NCBI GenBank assembly: GCA_043820925.1
Contig: JBDRDL010000021.1
Location: forward strand, 1 to 36,289
Length of the DNA stretch: 36,289 nt
Reading direction: 5' to 3'
Source: Methanobacteriota archaeon
GTDB taxonomy: Archaea > Hydrothermarchaeota > Hydrothermarchaeia > Hydrothermarchaeales > JACRDW01
The number at the start of each line of letters is the position of its first letter. Positions within the stretch are counted from its first letter, which is position 1. The notes below the pieces were generated by a model. The model was not told where the DNA came from. It worked only from the letters and a program-made list of their open reading frames with translations, and did no database searches. Shown piece by piece: positions 7,820 to 18,883 of the stretch. Both the position numbers and the translations under genes were made by a program.

Positions 7820-9139
7820 ATGGAAGAAATTACCAAAATCGTTAAAAAGGAGGGGATTCGCTCCATACGTTTGCAGTTCACGGACATCAACGGAATTTTA
7901 AAGAGTTTTGAGGTATCTACAAAGGAAATTGAAGACCTTCTCGAAAACGGACAGAGCTTTGACGGCTCTTCAATAACCGGCTACTCGCCGATAGAAGAAA
8001 GCGACATGATTGCAAAGCCAGACCCGAGTACCTTTGCGATTATACCCTGGACAAGCAACGAAAAAAAATCTGCTCGAATGATTTGCGACATTTACCTGCC
8101 AGACGGCAGGCGCTTCGAAGGCGACCCAAGATACGTTGCGCAGAGAGCGCAGGAAGAAGCGAGAAAAGCTGGATACGTTTTCAAGTGCGGTCCTGAGCTG
8201 GAGTTCTTCGTATTTCAAAGGGACAAGGAAGCGCCCACGCCAATGGACATAGGAGGCTATTTCGACTTCCATCCAGGCGATTTAGGAGAAGACATGCGAA
8301 GAGATATAGCAGTAACTGCTGAGAAGTTCGGACTAACTATAGAAGTTGAACATCACGAGTGCTCTCAGGGGCAGCACGAAATAGACTTCAGATTTGACGA
8401 GCTAACACTGACTGCGGATAGAACCGTTACCCTGAAAATGATAGTAAAGGCAATAGCAAACCGCTACGGCTTCTTTGGAACTTTCATGCCAAAGCCGATT
8501 TACGGCGTAAATGGCTCTGGAATGCACATTCACCAGAGCCTGTGGAAGAAAGGAGAAAATGTGTTCTATGGAGAAAACGGCAGAAAGCTTGGAAAACTCT
8601 CTGACGAAGCTCTCTATTTCATAGGAGGTCAGCTAAAGTTTGGAAGAGAAATGTGCATTGTGCTTGCTTCCTGGCCAAACTCGTACAAGCGCTTGGTGCC
8701 CGGATATGAAGCCCCTGTCTACATCGCATGGGCATTTAGAAATCGCTCGCCGCTGATAAGAGTTCCTGAGATCGGAAAAAGAAAAAAAGCTGCGAGGGTA
8801 GAGATTCGCTGCCCTGATCCTGCGGGCAACCCCTACCTGCAATTTGCTGTCCTGTGCCACGCCGGCTTGGAAGGAATTAAGAAAAAAATAGACCCGGGAG
8901 AGCCGACTGAAATTAACCTATACAAAACCACCATGGAAGAAAGGGAAAAACTTGGAATCAAATCCCTGCCAGAAACTCTGGGAGAGGCGCTTTCCGAATT
9001 CGAAAAAAGCGAGCTCATGAAAAGAGCATTGGGGAAAGTTGCGTTCAACAATTTTCTAAACGTAAAGAGAGCTGAGTGGGATTTATACAAAGGGCAAGTT
9101 GCTGACTGGGAGATTAACAGATATCTGAAGTGGCTCTAG
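7820..9139 (+). CDS. glnA: Glutamine synthetase type I (copy 2)
   Basis: Full GS motif set (FDGSSI, GPELEFF, HHEC..GQHEIDF, NGSGMH, SYKRLVPGYEAP, RCPD..NPYL). ATG 7820 aligns with copy 1; TTTATA about 25 bp upstream and no SD suggest a leaderless mRNA. Confidence 0.93.
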   Translation: MEEITKIVKKEGIRSIRLQFTDINGILKSFEVSTKEIEDLLENGQSFDGSSITGYSPIEESDMIAKPDPSTFAIIPWTSNEKKSARMICDIYLPDGRRFEGDPRYVAQRAQEEARKAGYVFKCGPELEFFVFQRDKEAPTPMDIGGYFDFHPGDLGEDMRRDIAVTAEKFGLTIEVEHHECSQGQHEIDFRFDELTLTADRTVTLKMIVKAIANRYGFFGTFMPKPIYGVNGSGMHIHQSLWKKGENVFYGENGRKLGKLSDEALYFIGGQLKFGREMCIVLASWPNSYKRLVPGYEAPVYIAWAFRNRSPLIRVPEIGKRKKAARVEIRCPDPAGNPYLQFAVLCHAGLEGIKKKIDPGEPTEINLYKTTMEEREKLGIKSLPETLGEALSEFEKSELMKRALGKVAFNNFLNVKRAEWDLYKGQVADWEINRYLKWL

Positions 9140-9221
9140 TCTTCGTTCACCACATAGTATTAAGTCTTACGCACTAGCTGGCTATGCGGTGCCAGTTCAG
9201 GCTATCGCCTTCACTAGTCTT
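9136..9221. mobile_element. 70-bp dispersed repeat (copy A) between convergent glnA2 and gyrA, flanked by an 8-bp direct repeat
   Basis: CTAGTCTT at 9136-9143 and 9214-9221; 9148-9216 aligns with 21989-22054 (CACCACATAGTATTAAGTCTTA identical). Confidence 0.7.
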
Positions 9222-11664
9222 TAATTAGTCTCTCGACTGCTATTACCTTATCGTTAGGAGCCAACTCCATGACTGTAACACCCATCGCTGGTCTTCCCTT
9301 TTGCCGTATCTCATCAATGGAAGTTCTAATGACCATTCCTTCTTTACTAGTTAAAATTAGCTCATCGGCATCTGAAACTTCTAATACACTGACCACAAAG
9401 CCGCTCTTTGGGGTTGGTTTTAAGGTAATTACACCATACTTACCGCGACTGGTTTTTCTATATTCCGACACCTGAGTACGTTTGCCGTATCCATTTTCTG
9501 TAATTGTTAATAGCACTGAATCTTTCTGTGCAAGAGCCATGCTTACTACTTCGTCACCCTCCCGAAGTTTAATTCCTATAACACCTCTCGAGTATCTTCC
9601 AGTCGCCCTTACTTGTTGTTTCTCTTGTTGTTTCTCATCAAATCGGATTGCCTTTCCCTTTTTAGTTGCAAGAATAATCTCTTTATTTCCGTCTGAAATG
9701 CCTGTTCCTATTAGTTCATCATCTTTATCTAACTTAATCGCCCAAATTCCTGTAACTATAGGTCTGCTATATTTAGAAAGAGCTGTTTTCTTAACCATTC
9801 CTTTTTTAGTCGCAAATACTAAGAAATGTTTATTATTAAATTCCTTTATAGGCATGACCACTTTTATTTTCTCTTCAGGGGATAATCTAGGTAATAAGTT
9901 AATAATCGCCCTACCTTTGCTATATCTAATACCAAGAGGAATTTCGTACGCCTTCAGCCAGTAACATCTTCCCCTATTTGTAAAGAAAAGAATGAAATCA
10001 TGAGTAGAGGTTACAAAAGAATTAACGATAAAATCTTCCTCTTTGGTTTCCATTCCTATGACGCCTTTTCCACCACGGCGTTGTTCTTTATAAGAAGTAA
10101 CAGGCAAGCGCTTTATATAGCCGTTATTTGTTATGACTACCACCATCTCCTCTTCTGCAATCAAATCTTCCATTCCGAGCTCAGGTACTGCTTCGATTAT
10201 TTCGGTTCTCCTCGCATCGCCGTATTTGTTCTTCAGCTCGAGCAGCTCTTCCCTGATTATATTCAATAACTTCTGCTCGCTTGCGAGAACTTCCTTCAGC
10301 CAGGCAATGTTTTTTAAGAGTTCGACGTATTCTTGCTCGAGCTTCTCCTGCTCAAGCGCTACGAGGCGCTGCAGGCGCATGTCTAATATAGCCTGGGACT
10401 GCTCCCTGCTTAACCTGAAATTGGAAATTAAAGCGTCTCTCGCAGCGTCAATGGTCTTCGAGCCTTTTATGATTTTTACGACAGCATCAATACTTCGTAG
10501 GGCAACCTTTAGCCCTTCTAAAATATGCGCACGCTTTTGAGCTTTGCCCAATTCAAACTGACACCTTCTCGTAACAACATTCTTCTTGTGCTTGATGTAC
10601 TCGAGAATCGCATCCTTAAGGCTGAGCACTTTGGGCTCGCCATCCACGATTGCGAGATTTATTACACCAAATGCAGTCTCCATCTGCGTGTGCTTGTAAA
10701 GCTGGTTTAGCACAATCTCTGCAACTGCGCTGCCCTTCAGCTCGATTACAACCCGCATTCCCTCCCTGTCGCTCTCGTCCCGCAGGTCTGAAATTCCCTC
10801 GATTTTTTTGTCTCTCACAAGGGCAGCAATATCTTCAAGCAGCTTTGCCTTGTTCACCTGGTATGGAAGCTCGGTAACGATTATGTGCTCTCTATCCTTC
10901 TTTTTCTCTACCGAAGCTCTGGCTCTGAGTTTAATGCTCCCCCTGCCGTTTGCATAGGCATCCCTTATCCCGCTCTTTCCGAAAATAAATGCGCCGGTTG
11001 GAAAATCCGGTCCCTTTATAACCTCCATCATCTCTTCAACGCTCGCATTCGGATTTCCTATGAGCGTGATAGTAGCATCGACAAGCTCTCCTAAATTGTG
11101 CGGGGGCACGTTTGTAGCCATGCCTACCGCTATTCCAGAGGAGCCGTTGAGCAGGAGATTTGGCAGCTTTGCCGGCAGCACGCTGGGCTCCTGGAGTGAT
11201 TCGTCAAAGTTGGGAACAAAGTTGACTGTGTTTTTGTCTATGTCCGCAAGCATCTCCTCTGCAACTTTCGCAAGCCTCACCTCAGTATATCGCATCGCAG
11301 CTGCTTCATCGCCGTCCACGCTTCCAAAATTTCCCTGCCCGTCGATTAATGGATACCTCATTGAAAAATCCTGAACCATTCTGACGAGCGCATCGTAAAC
11401 AGCAATATCGCCGTGGGGATGATACTTTCCCAAAACCTCACCGACTATTCTCGCAGCCTTCTTGTAGGGCTTGTCGTGCGTATTGCCCAGCTCCTGCATC
11501 GCATAGAGAATGCGCCTGTGCACAGGCTTCAGACCATCCCGCACATCAGGAAGAGCCCTACCCACGATGACGCTCATCGCATAGTCGATGTAAGACTTCT
11601 TCATCTCCTCTTCGATTTTCACCGGGATGATTATTTCCTTAGATTTCGGCTCCTCTGCTGCCAT
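9214..11664 (-). CDS. gyrA: DNA gyrase subunit A
   Basis: [28 protein letters not shown] catalytic Tyr, GyrA-box QRRGGKG, beta-pinwheel repeats. Confidence 0.97.
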   Translation of the reverse strand: MAAEEPKSKEIIIPVKIEEEMKKSYIDYAMSVIVGRALPDVRDGLKPVHRRILYAMQELGNTHDKPYKKAARIVGEVLGKYHPHGDIAVYDALVRMVQDFSMRYPLIDGQGNFGSVDGDEAAAMRYTEVRLAKVAEEMLADIDKNTVNFVPNFDESLQEPSVLPAKLPNLLLNGSSGIAVGMATNVPPHNLGELVDATITLIGNPNASVEEMMEVIKGPDFPTGAFIFGKSGIRDAYANGRGSIKLRARASVEKKKDREHIIVTELPYQVNKAKLLEDIAALVRDKKIEGISDLRDESDREGMRVVIELKGSAVAEIVLNQLYKHTQMETAFGVINLAIVDGEPKVLSLKDAILEYIKHKKNVVTRRCQFELGKAQKRAHILEGLKVALRSIDAVVKIIKGSKTIDAARDALISNFRLSREQSQAILDMRLQRLVALEQEKLEQEYVELLKNIAWLKEVLASEQKLLNIIREELLELKNKYGDARRTEIIEAVPELGMEDLIAEEEMVVVITNNGYIKRLPVTSYKEQRRGGKGVIGMETKEEDFIVNSFVTSTHDFILFFTNRGRCYWLKAYEIPLGIRYSKGRAIINLLPRLSPEEKIKVVMPIKEFNNKHFLVFATKKGMVKKTALSKYSRPIVTGIWAIKLDKDDELIGTGISDGNKEIILATKKGKAIRFDEKQQEKQQVRATGRYSRGVIGIKLREGDEVVSMALAQKDSVLLTITENGYGKRTQVSEYRKTSRGKYGVITLKPTPKSGFVVSVLEVSDADELILTSKEGMVIRTSIDEIRQKGRPAMGVTVMELAPNDKVIAVERLIKD

Positions 11665-11706
11665 GGTTTACCTCAATAAAAGTCTGTATTCCGTGCATAA
11701 AAAGCT

Positions 11707-12204
11707 TCATGTTTCTCTTGCAATTTTTTCAATTTTATTGATTATTTTTGTATACGTCTCGACGTTGCATCTCCAGCTATTTTTTATCATTTTATTAATT
11801 AAATCTATAGCCTCTTGCTTTTGAATAAGTTTCTTTTTTAATGCCCTAAAAATAAAGAATGTTGAGTAAATAACTTCAACGTTTAGGCTCTGCGCATACA
11901 TTCTACCAAGAGCATCGTCAATGACTGCGATAGAATTCGTTTCTTTGGCAAGAGAAATGACGCTGATCTCGCCTGCATGAGTTCCGCCAATCATTTTTTC
12001 CATGCTTTTTGGATTCTCGATTTTTATTTTCTTGGACTCAACCAAACTTTTAATAGTAGCGTTTTCAACAAATTCTTCCTCGAGTTTAATTTCTTTTAGA
12101 ACTTCGCTTGTTGTTATAATTTCGACGTCGAGTTTATCGAAATAGATATGAAATCTGGCTTTGACTAGATGGATTAAAGGCGTTGTATCGAGGATTAAAC
12201 GCAT
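11707..12204 (-). CDS. PIN-domain toxin (DUF3368/VapC-like)
   Basis: LILDTTPLI, EV..E, HAGE..VI.LA.E, IDD..GR acidic PIN residues; abuts the upstream antitoxin. Confidence 0.85.
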   Translation of the reverse strand: MRLILDTTPLIHLVKARFHIYFDKLDVEIITTSEVLKEIKLEEEFVENATIKSLVESKKIKIENPKSMEKMIGGTHAGEISVISLAKETNSIAVIDDALGRMYAQSLNVEVIYSTFFIFRALKKKLIQKQEAIDLINKMIKNSWRCNVETYTKIINKIEKIARET

Positions 12205-12513
12205 TTACTCGCCTGCCAGCTTTATCTCTTTTTCTAGTTCCTCTTCCGTTATGTGGATGTAGTCGATCTTCTTTTCATTCACCAACTCCATCATTTCGTA
12301 TATCGAAATGCCCGCAATCTCCGCTGCCTTGACAAGAGTAACTTTCCCTTTTTTTAGCAGGTCTAAAGCTCTTTCTTTGCGCCACTCCGCAATACCACGT
12401 TCTAAAATTCTCCTCGTAGTCGTGGATTTGTCCAACTTCTCTTCCTTCATGATTTTTTCTAAAAAATCGTCAATTTCCTTCGGCACGCGGGTTGCAATTG
12501 TTTTATATGCCAT
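12205..12513 (-). CDS. UPF0175-family antitoxin with N-terminal RHH
   Basis: TIATRVPKE..DKSTTTRRILERG then GKVTLVKAAEIAGISIYEM; probable ATG at 12513. Confidence 0.85.
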   Translation of the reverse strand: MAYKTIATRVPKEIDDFLEKIMKEEKLDKSTTTRRILERGIAEWRKERALDLLKKGKVTLVKAAEIAGISIYEMMELVNEKKIDYIHITEEELEKEIKLAGE

Positions 12514-12520
12514 ATCTACG

Positions 12521-12544
12521 TTTGCGTTTGTTAACGAATGCAAA
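12521..12544. promoter_or_regulatory. Probable autoregulatory operator of the TA pair
   Basis: TTTGCGTTTGTT|AACGAATGCAAA, 10/12 palindrome between the minus-strand TTTATA and the antitoxin start. Confidence 0.6.
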
Positions 12545-12589
12545 TGATAATATAAATATCGCTGAAGATGGGGCGCAGGGAAGGGTGTA

Positions 12590-12619
12590 CTAAATGTCCA
12601 GCACTCTTACTTCCTTTGC
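12590..12619 (-). repeat. Diverged duplicate of the last codons of gyrB
   Basis: Encodes AKEVRVLDI* versus AREVRVLDI* at 12936-12965; most differences are synonymous. Confidence 0.85.
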
Positions 12620-12620
12620 T

Positions 12621-12780
12621 CTATCTCTTATATGCCCTGTCATGGTGCTCAAAATACAAGAATTTTATAACTTTGTTCTTCTCGTCAAGTTCATAAATCA
12701 AAACAAAATTTGACATATTCATAAACTTTCCTGTCTCTGCGAAAAAGAGTTTCAAGCGTCTTCTCAAGCTTTTCGTCTAT
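12621..12780 (-). pseudogene. RelE/StbE-family toxin remnant (start and middle deleted, frameshifted)
   Basis: Hand translation IDEKLEKTLETLFRRDRKVYEYV, frameshift, then NFVLIYELDEKNKVIKFLYFEHHDRAYKR*, the typical archaeal RelE C-terminus. Confidence 0.8.
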
Positions 12781-12901
12781 TCGACCTTTTCGAAAAGCTC
12801 GCTAATGTTTTTGTATTCTCTTCTGCCATTTCCACTTCTCTAATAAAATCTTCTCGCAGGAATTCTTCGGGCGGGTATTCCCTGTTTTCGGCAACGCTCA
12901 T
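12777..12901 (-). pseudogene. Antitoxin remnant (frameshifted)
   Basis: MSVAENREYPPEEFLREDFIREVEMAE, frameshift, then EYKNISELFEKVE*; acidic, immediately upstream of the RelE remnant. Confidence 0.6.
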
Positions 12902-12935
12902 ATGCCTATCTCATGCGAATTTAACTACTTAAATG

Positions 12936-15260
<2,325 letters not shown>

Positions 15261-15267
15261 TTAGTCC

Positions 15268-15289
15268 TAGAAAAAGTATGTTTTTTCTA
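15268..15289. promoter_or_regulatory. Palindrome just downstream of the gyrB TATA box
   Basis: TAGAAAAA-gtatgt-TTTTTCTA; minus-strand TTTATATG at 15291-15298. Confidence 0.4.
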
Positions 15290-15324
15290 CCATATAAAGC
15301 TTGTCAATGTTTTGAAAATTTAAG

Positions 15325-15594
15325 CTATGGTTTGTACTTCTCGCCGATTTCTCTCACAATTGAGAGAAGCTCCTTCCCCTCCTTTGTTAGAGCGTAGTAG
15401 ACTGGGCGGTACTTCTCTGAGGAAACCTTCCTCTTAACAGCCCCAAATTCTTCCAGGCTGCTCAACCTTCTCGAGGTAGTACTGGGATTTCCTACAATTT
15501 CCTCGATTTCCTTGTACTTCATCGCTTTGCCCTCAAGATTCTCGAGAATCTCTACCGCTCCTTTCTGAGCCAGCAGCTTGAATATCTTGCTCAC
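15325..15594 (-). CDS. Winged helix-turn-helix regulator (HxlR/MarR-like)
   Basis: NPSTTSRRLSSLEEFGAVKR..PVYYALTKEGKEL; GTG start. Confidence 0.85.
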   Translation of the reverse strand: MSKIFKLLAQKGAVEILENLEGKAMKYKEIEEIVGNPSTTSRRLSSLEEFGAVKRKVSSEKYRPVYYALTKEGKELLSIVREIGEKYKP

Positions 15595-15713
15595 TTCAAT
15601 CCCGAATTGAAAAAAGCATGTGCAATATTTAAGAAATTGCTATTATTTTTGAAAGCAATACCTCAAATAATGGAAATATTTAAAAAGCATAAGTTCTAAA
15701 ATACATGGGTTGT

Positions 15714-15851
15714 ATGGAAAAAACTTCTGAGAAAAAATTAATCGATGAGGAAAAATTCAACAAACTCAGCTTAGTTGAAAAATGGAAATATATACTGGAA
15801 AAAGAGAGAGAAATTGACGAAAGAGTAAGAAAGATTTTGGGAAAAACCTAA
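15714..15851 (+). CDS. Small charged hypothetical protein (45 aa), below ORF-track cutoff
   Basis: MEKTSEKKLIDEEKFNKLSLVEKWKYILEKEREIDERVRKILGKT*; purine-rich coding bias, TTTAAAAA upstream, stop overlaps the convergent ssb stop. Confidence 0.6.
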   Translation: MEKTSEKKLIDEEKFNKLSLVEKWKYILEKEREIDERVRKILGKT

Positions 15852-16273
15852 TACCTGCGCCTTTCGCCCCTTTGACCTCTTCCTCCGCCCCTGTATCCAA
15901 ATCCTCTTCTCTCAGGCATCTCATGTGTCTTGTCGCTCAGGTTTGTTGCGGTATTTACCTCTGGCAGGGCTTCCTCTGATTTTTCCATAGAACCGTACTT
16001 GCCCACGTTCAATCTCATGCTGCCCCGTACCAGAGAAATGTATCCGTTTTTTATCTGGAGTACGTCGCCCTCTGCAACCTGGCTTATTTGGTCGCCCCAG
16101 AGAGACAGCAAAATACCAGCTGTCTCGTCCGCTACGAGGAACTCGCCAACCTGTCGTGTGCCTTCCCTCGTCGGGATGTCTTTCTTCTCCCCGGCGGAAA
16201 CTACTTTTACCAAAACATTCACGTTCTTTGACATTGGAGTCAAATCTGCTACCTTTACTGTTTGTGCTTCCAT
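15848..16273 (-). CDS. ssb: Single OB-fold ssDNA-binding protein with Arg/Gly-rich tail
   Basis: KVADL..VNVLVKVV..VADETA.I.LSLWG..IKNGY..LNVGKYG; RRGFGYRGGGRGQRGERRRY tail. Confidence 0.88.
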   Translation of the reverse strand: MEAQTVKVADLTPMSKNVNVLVKVVSAGEKKDIPTREGTRQVGEFLVADETAGILLSLWGDQISQVAEGDVLQIKNGYISLVRGSMRLNVGKYGSMEKSEEALPEVNTATNLSDKTHEMPERRGFGYRGGGRGQRGERRRY

Positions 16274-16356
16274 ATTATTTCCTCCACTGGTGCTCTACGT
16301 TTGAGCATTTAAATCTATTGCTAAGAATAATATAATAAGAAAACAAATAATTAAGC

Positions 16357-17679
16357 ATGCTGACTTGGGTTGAGAAGTACCGGCCTAAAAAGCTTCGAGA
16401 GGTGGCAGGCAATCCCAGCTCTATTGAAACTCTTGCCAGATGGGCTGAGGAGTGGAAAAGCGGTGCCCCGAAAAACAAGGCTATTCTGCTTTACGGTCCT
16501 GCTGGCACTGGGAAAACTTCAGCTGCTCACGCTCTCGCAAACGAGCTGAACTACGATTACATAGAACTAAACGCCTCTGATACTAGAACGCAGGACATTA
16601 TAAACAGAATCGTGGGCACTGCCGCAATGCAGGGCACTCTAAATCCGGAGTATGAAAGAAAGCTCATAATCCTGGACGAGGTCGATGGAATACATGGAAA
16701 ATTCGACTACGGGGGCTTGGCTGCGCTAAAAAAATGGGTCAAGGAATCCCTGCAGCCAATAATTTTAATTGCAAATAATCCCTGGAGCTTGCCAAGAGAA
16801 TTCCGTGCTCTAACTTTGATGACGGGCTTTAAAAAAATAGACCAGCGCAGCATTTTAAAAGTTTTAAAGAGCATCTGCTCAAAGGAAGGAATCGAAACCG
16901 ATGAAAAAGTTTTGAAAATGATTGCAATAAATGCTAACGGAGACCTGCGCTCAGCGATAAACGATTTACAGGCATTAACCGAGGGGAAGAAAAAGCTTGC
17001 ACTGCGAGATGTTGACGCCCTAACGATGCGAGACTCCGAGTTGAAAATATTCGACACGCTGATAAGGATTTTCAAGACAACCTCTGCTGACAGAGCGAGA
17101 GAAGCTGTGTGGGAATCTGGCGAGGATGCTGAAACGATTTTAAAATGGCTCGCAGAAAATGTGCCCAGAGAATACGAAGATGCAGATGACATAGCAAGAG
17201 CATTTGAACGCCTCTCCAGGGCGGATGTGTTTATGGGAAGAATAATGCGCAGGCAGGACTGGGACTTGCTGCCCTATGCAATAAATGCAATGTCTGCCGG
17301 AGTTGCTCTTGCAAAGCAGCGCAAGTACAGCAAGTTCGTTCGCTACCAGTATCCCCAGATTTTTGCTCTTTATGCGCAGACCAGAAAAGCCAGGGAAGTC
17401 ATGGACTCCATGGCTGAAAAAATGTCTCGCAAAAGCCACTGCTCGAAAAAGGATGCAAAGGCAGAATACTTCCCGATGCTAAAAATTGTTCTGAACAACA
17501 GCGCAGAGATGGGCTCTCAATTGGCTTCTGAACTTGAACTCAATCTGGAAGAGATACAATTCTTCGTAAAAGAAGAAAAACTTGCAAAAAATATATACAG
17601 CGGAGCGAATGAAATAAGTGCAGAGAGAATCAGGGCGAGTACAACGAAAGCAAAACAGTTTTCACTTGCTGAGTTTTAG
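16357..17679 (+). CDS. rfcL: Replication factor C large subunit
   Basis: WVEKYRP, GPAGTGKT, ELNASD, ILDEVD, GDLRSAINDLQ, C-terminal PIP box QFSLAEF. Confidence 0.95.
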   Translation: MLTWVEKYRPKKLREVAGNPSSIETLARWAEEWKSGAPKNKAILLYGPAGTGKTSAAHALANELNYDYIELNASDTRTQDIINRIVGTAAMQGTLNPEYERKLIILDEVDGIHGKFDYGGLAALKKWVKESLQPIILIANNPWSLPREFRALTLMTGFKKIDQRSILKVLKSICSKEGIETDEKVLKMIAINANGDLRSAINDLQALTEGKKKLALRDVDALTMRDSELKIFDTLIRIFKTTSADRAREAVWESGEDAETILKWLAENVPREYEDADDIARAFERLSRADVFMGRIMRRQDWDLLPYAINAMSAGVALAKQRKYSKFVRYQYPQIFALYAQTRKAREVMDSMAEKMSRKSHCSKKDAKAEYFPMLKIVLNNSAEMGSQLASELELNLEEIQFFVKEEKLAKNIYSGANEISAERIRASTTKAKQFSLAEF

Positions 17680-17701
17680 AAAGTAAGGAGCAACTGAAAT
17701 T

Positions 17702-18073
17702 ATGAAAAAGAAGCTCAGATTACCAAAGGAAATATTTGAAGCGCTCTACGAAGAGAGCCCGTTATTAAAAACAGAACTAGCTAAAAAAGTAGGGCTGAAT
17801 ACAGATTCGCTAAGTCAGTGGATAGACATAATTGGGTTCATTCAACGCCAGCCAAGGCTTTTGAAAAAGAAAATTGGGAAGCGGATTGCGTTAGCAAGAC
17901 CGCCAGCTTTCGCACTACCTAACGGTATTGAAGTTGTTGATTTGGAAAAGGAAGAAGTCAAAGAAGAGATTACTCCTGAAATAGTCGAAGCTATGATCGA
18001 GTTTGAAAAGCATTTAGAAAAAATTGAAGAAATGCCGCAGAACTTAGCATCTCTTCACCCATTGCAACTTTAG
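17702..18073 (+). CDS. Hypothetical protein with N-terminal helix-turn-helix
   Basis: LKTELAKKVGLNTDSLSQWIDII HTH pattern; AGGAG SD; 3' end overlaps truA convergently by 83 bp. Confidence 0.6.
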   Translation: MKKKLRLPKEIFEALYEESPLLKTELAKKVGLNTDSLSQWIDIIGFIQRQPRLLKKKIGKRIALARPPAFALPNGIEVVDLEKEEVKEEITPEIVEAMIEFEKHLEKIEEMPQNLASLHPLQL

Positions 18074-18815
18074 TTTTAAACTCTCTCTGCATCTTAAGAA
18101 TTTCTCTCTTAAATTTTCGAAGCGAATAATCCTCATGCTCGAAATCGAAATTGTACTTTACATTCCAGAGAATAAGCTGCTTCGGCTCAGAGGGTTTGAA
18201 TTTATTTTTGCAGGCAGGCTCGAAATATTTTTTCAATTCTTCAATTGAAATTTCGCTTCTTCCAGCCATTTTCAATGCGGTAACAACCCGCCGAATCATC
18301 TGCCAGAGAAAGCTCTCGGCGTAAAAAGTAAGCACGAGAAAATCTCCTAATTTTCTGACTGTGATTTTTTTAATTTTCCTAACAGGATTGCGTCCTTCTA
18401 AAATGCAGAAGTTGTGGAAGCTGTGCTCTCCTTCGAAGAGCTTCGCCGTTTGTCTAATTTTTTTAATGTCATAACCATCGTCGAACAAAAAATACTTGTA
18501 AATTCTTTTAATCGCTTCGTAGCGGGGATTGAAATCTTTTGGAACTTCTCTAACCGCAAGAACTCGAATATCGTCTGGCAAAAAATTATTCAAGGCTCTG
18601 GCTTTCAGCTTGAAGTCGGTAGTAACTGCAAAAACGTTTCCGAAGGCGGAAACACCTTTATCTGTTCTCCCTGCGCTCTGAAATTTTTCAATTCTTGCTC
18701 CGAGTTTTTTGAAGGCGTTTAAGAGCTCGCCTTCGACTGTTCTCTGGTTTGGCTGAACTTGAGAGCCTGTGAAGTTGCTACCGTCGTAGTAAACTTTTAG
18801 GGCATAGCGGAGCAT
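17991..18815 (-). CDS. truA: tRNA pseudouridine(38-40) synthase
   Basis: YDGSNFTGSQVQP, AGRTDKGVSA, SFLWQMIRR. Confidence 0.95.
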   Translation of the reverse strand: MLRYALKVYYDGSNFTGSQVQPNQRTVEGELLNAFKKLGARIEKFQSAGRTDKGVSAFGNVFAVTTDFKLKARALNNFLPDDIRVLAVREVPKDFNPRYEAIKRIYKYFLFDDGYDIKKIRQTAKLFEGEHSFHNFCILEGRNPVRKIKKITVRKLGDFLVLTFYAESFLWQMIRRVVTALKMAGRSEISIEELKKYFEPACKNKFKPSEPKQLILWNVKYNFDFEHEDYSLRKFKREILKMQREFKTKVAMGEEMLSSAAFLQFFLNAFQTRS

Positions 18816-18883
18816 GCGGTTAAATTAGAACTTTAACGTTTTCTTCTTTTCGGTGATTTCGCAATAAAAGAAGCCTATGTTTT

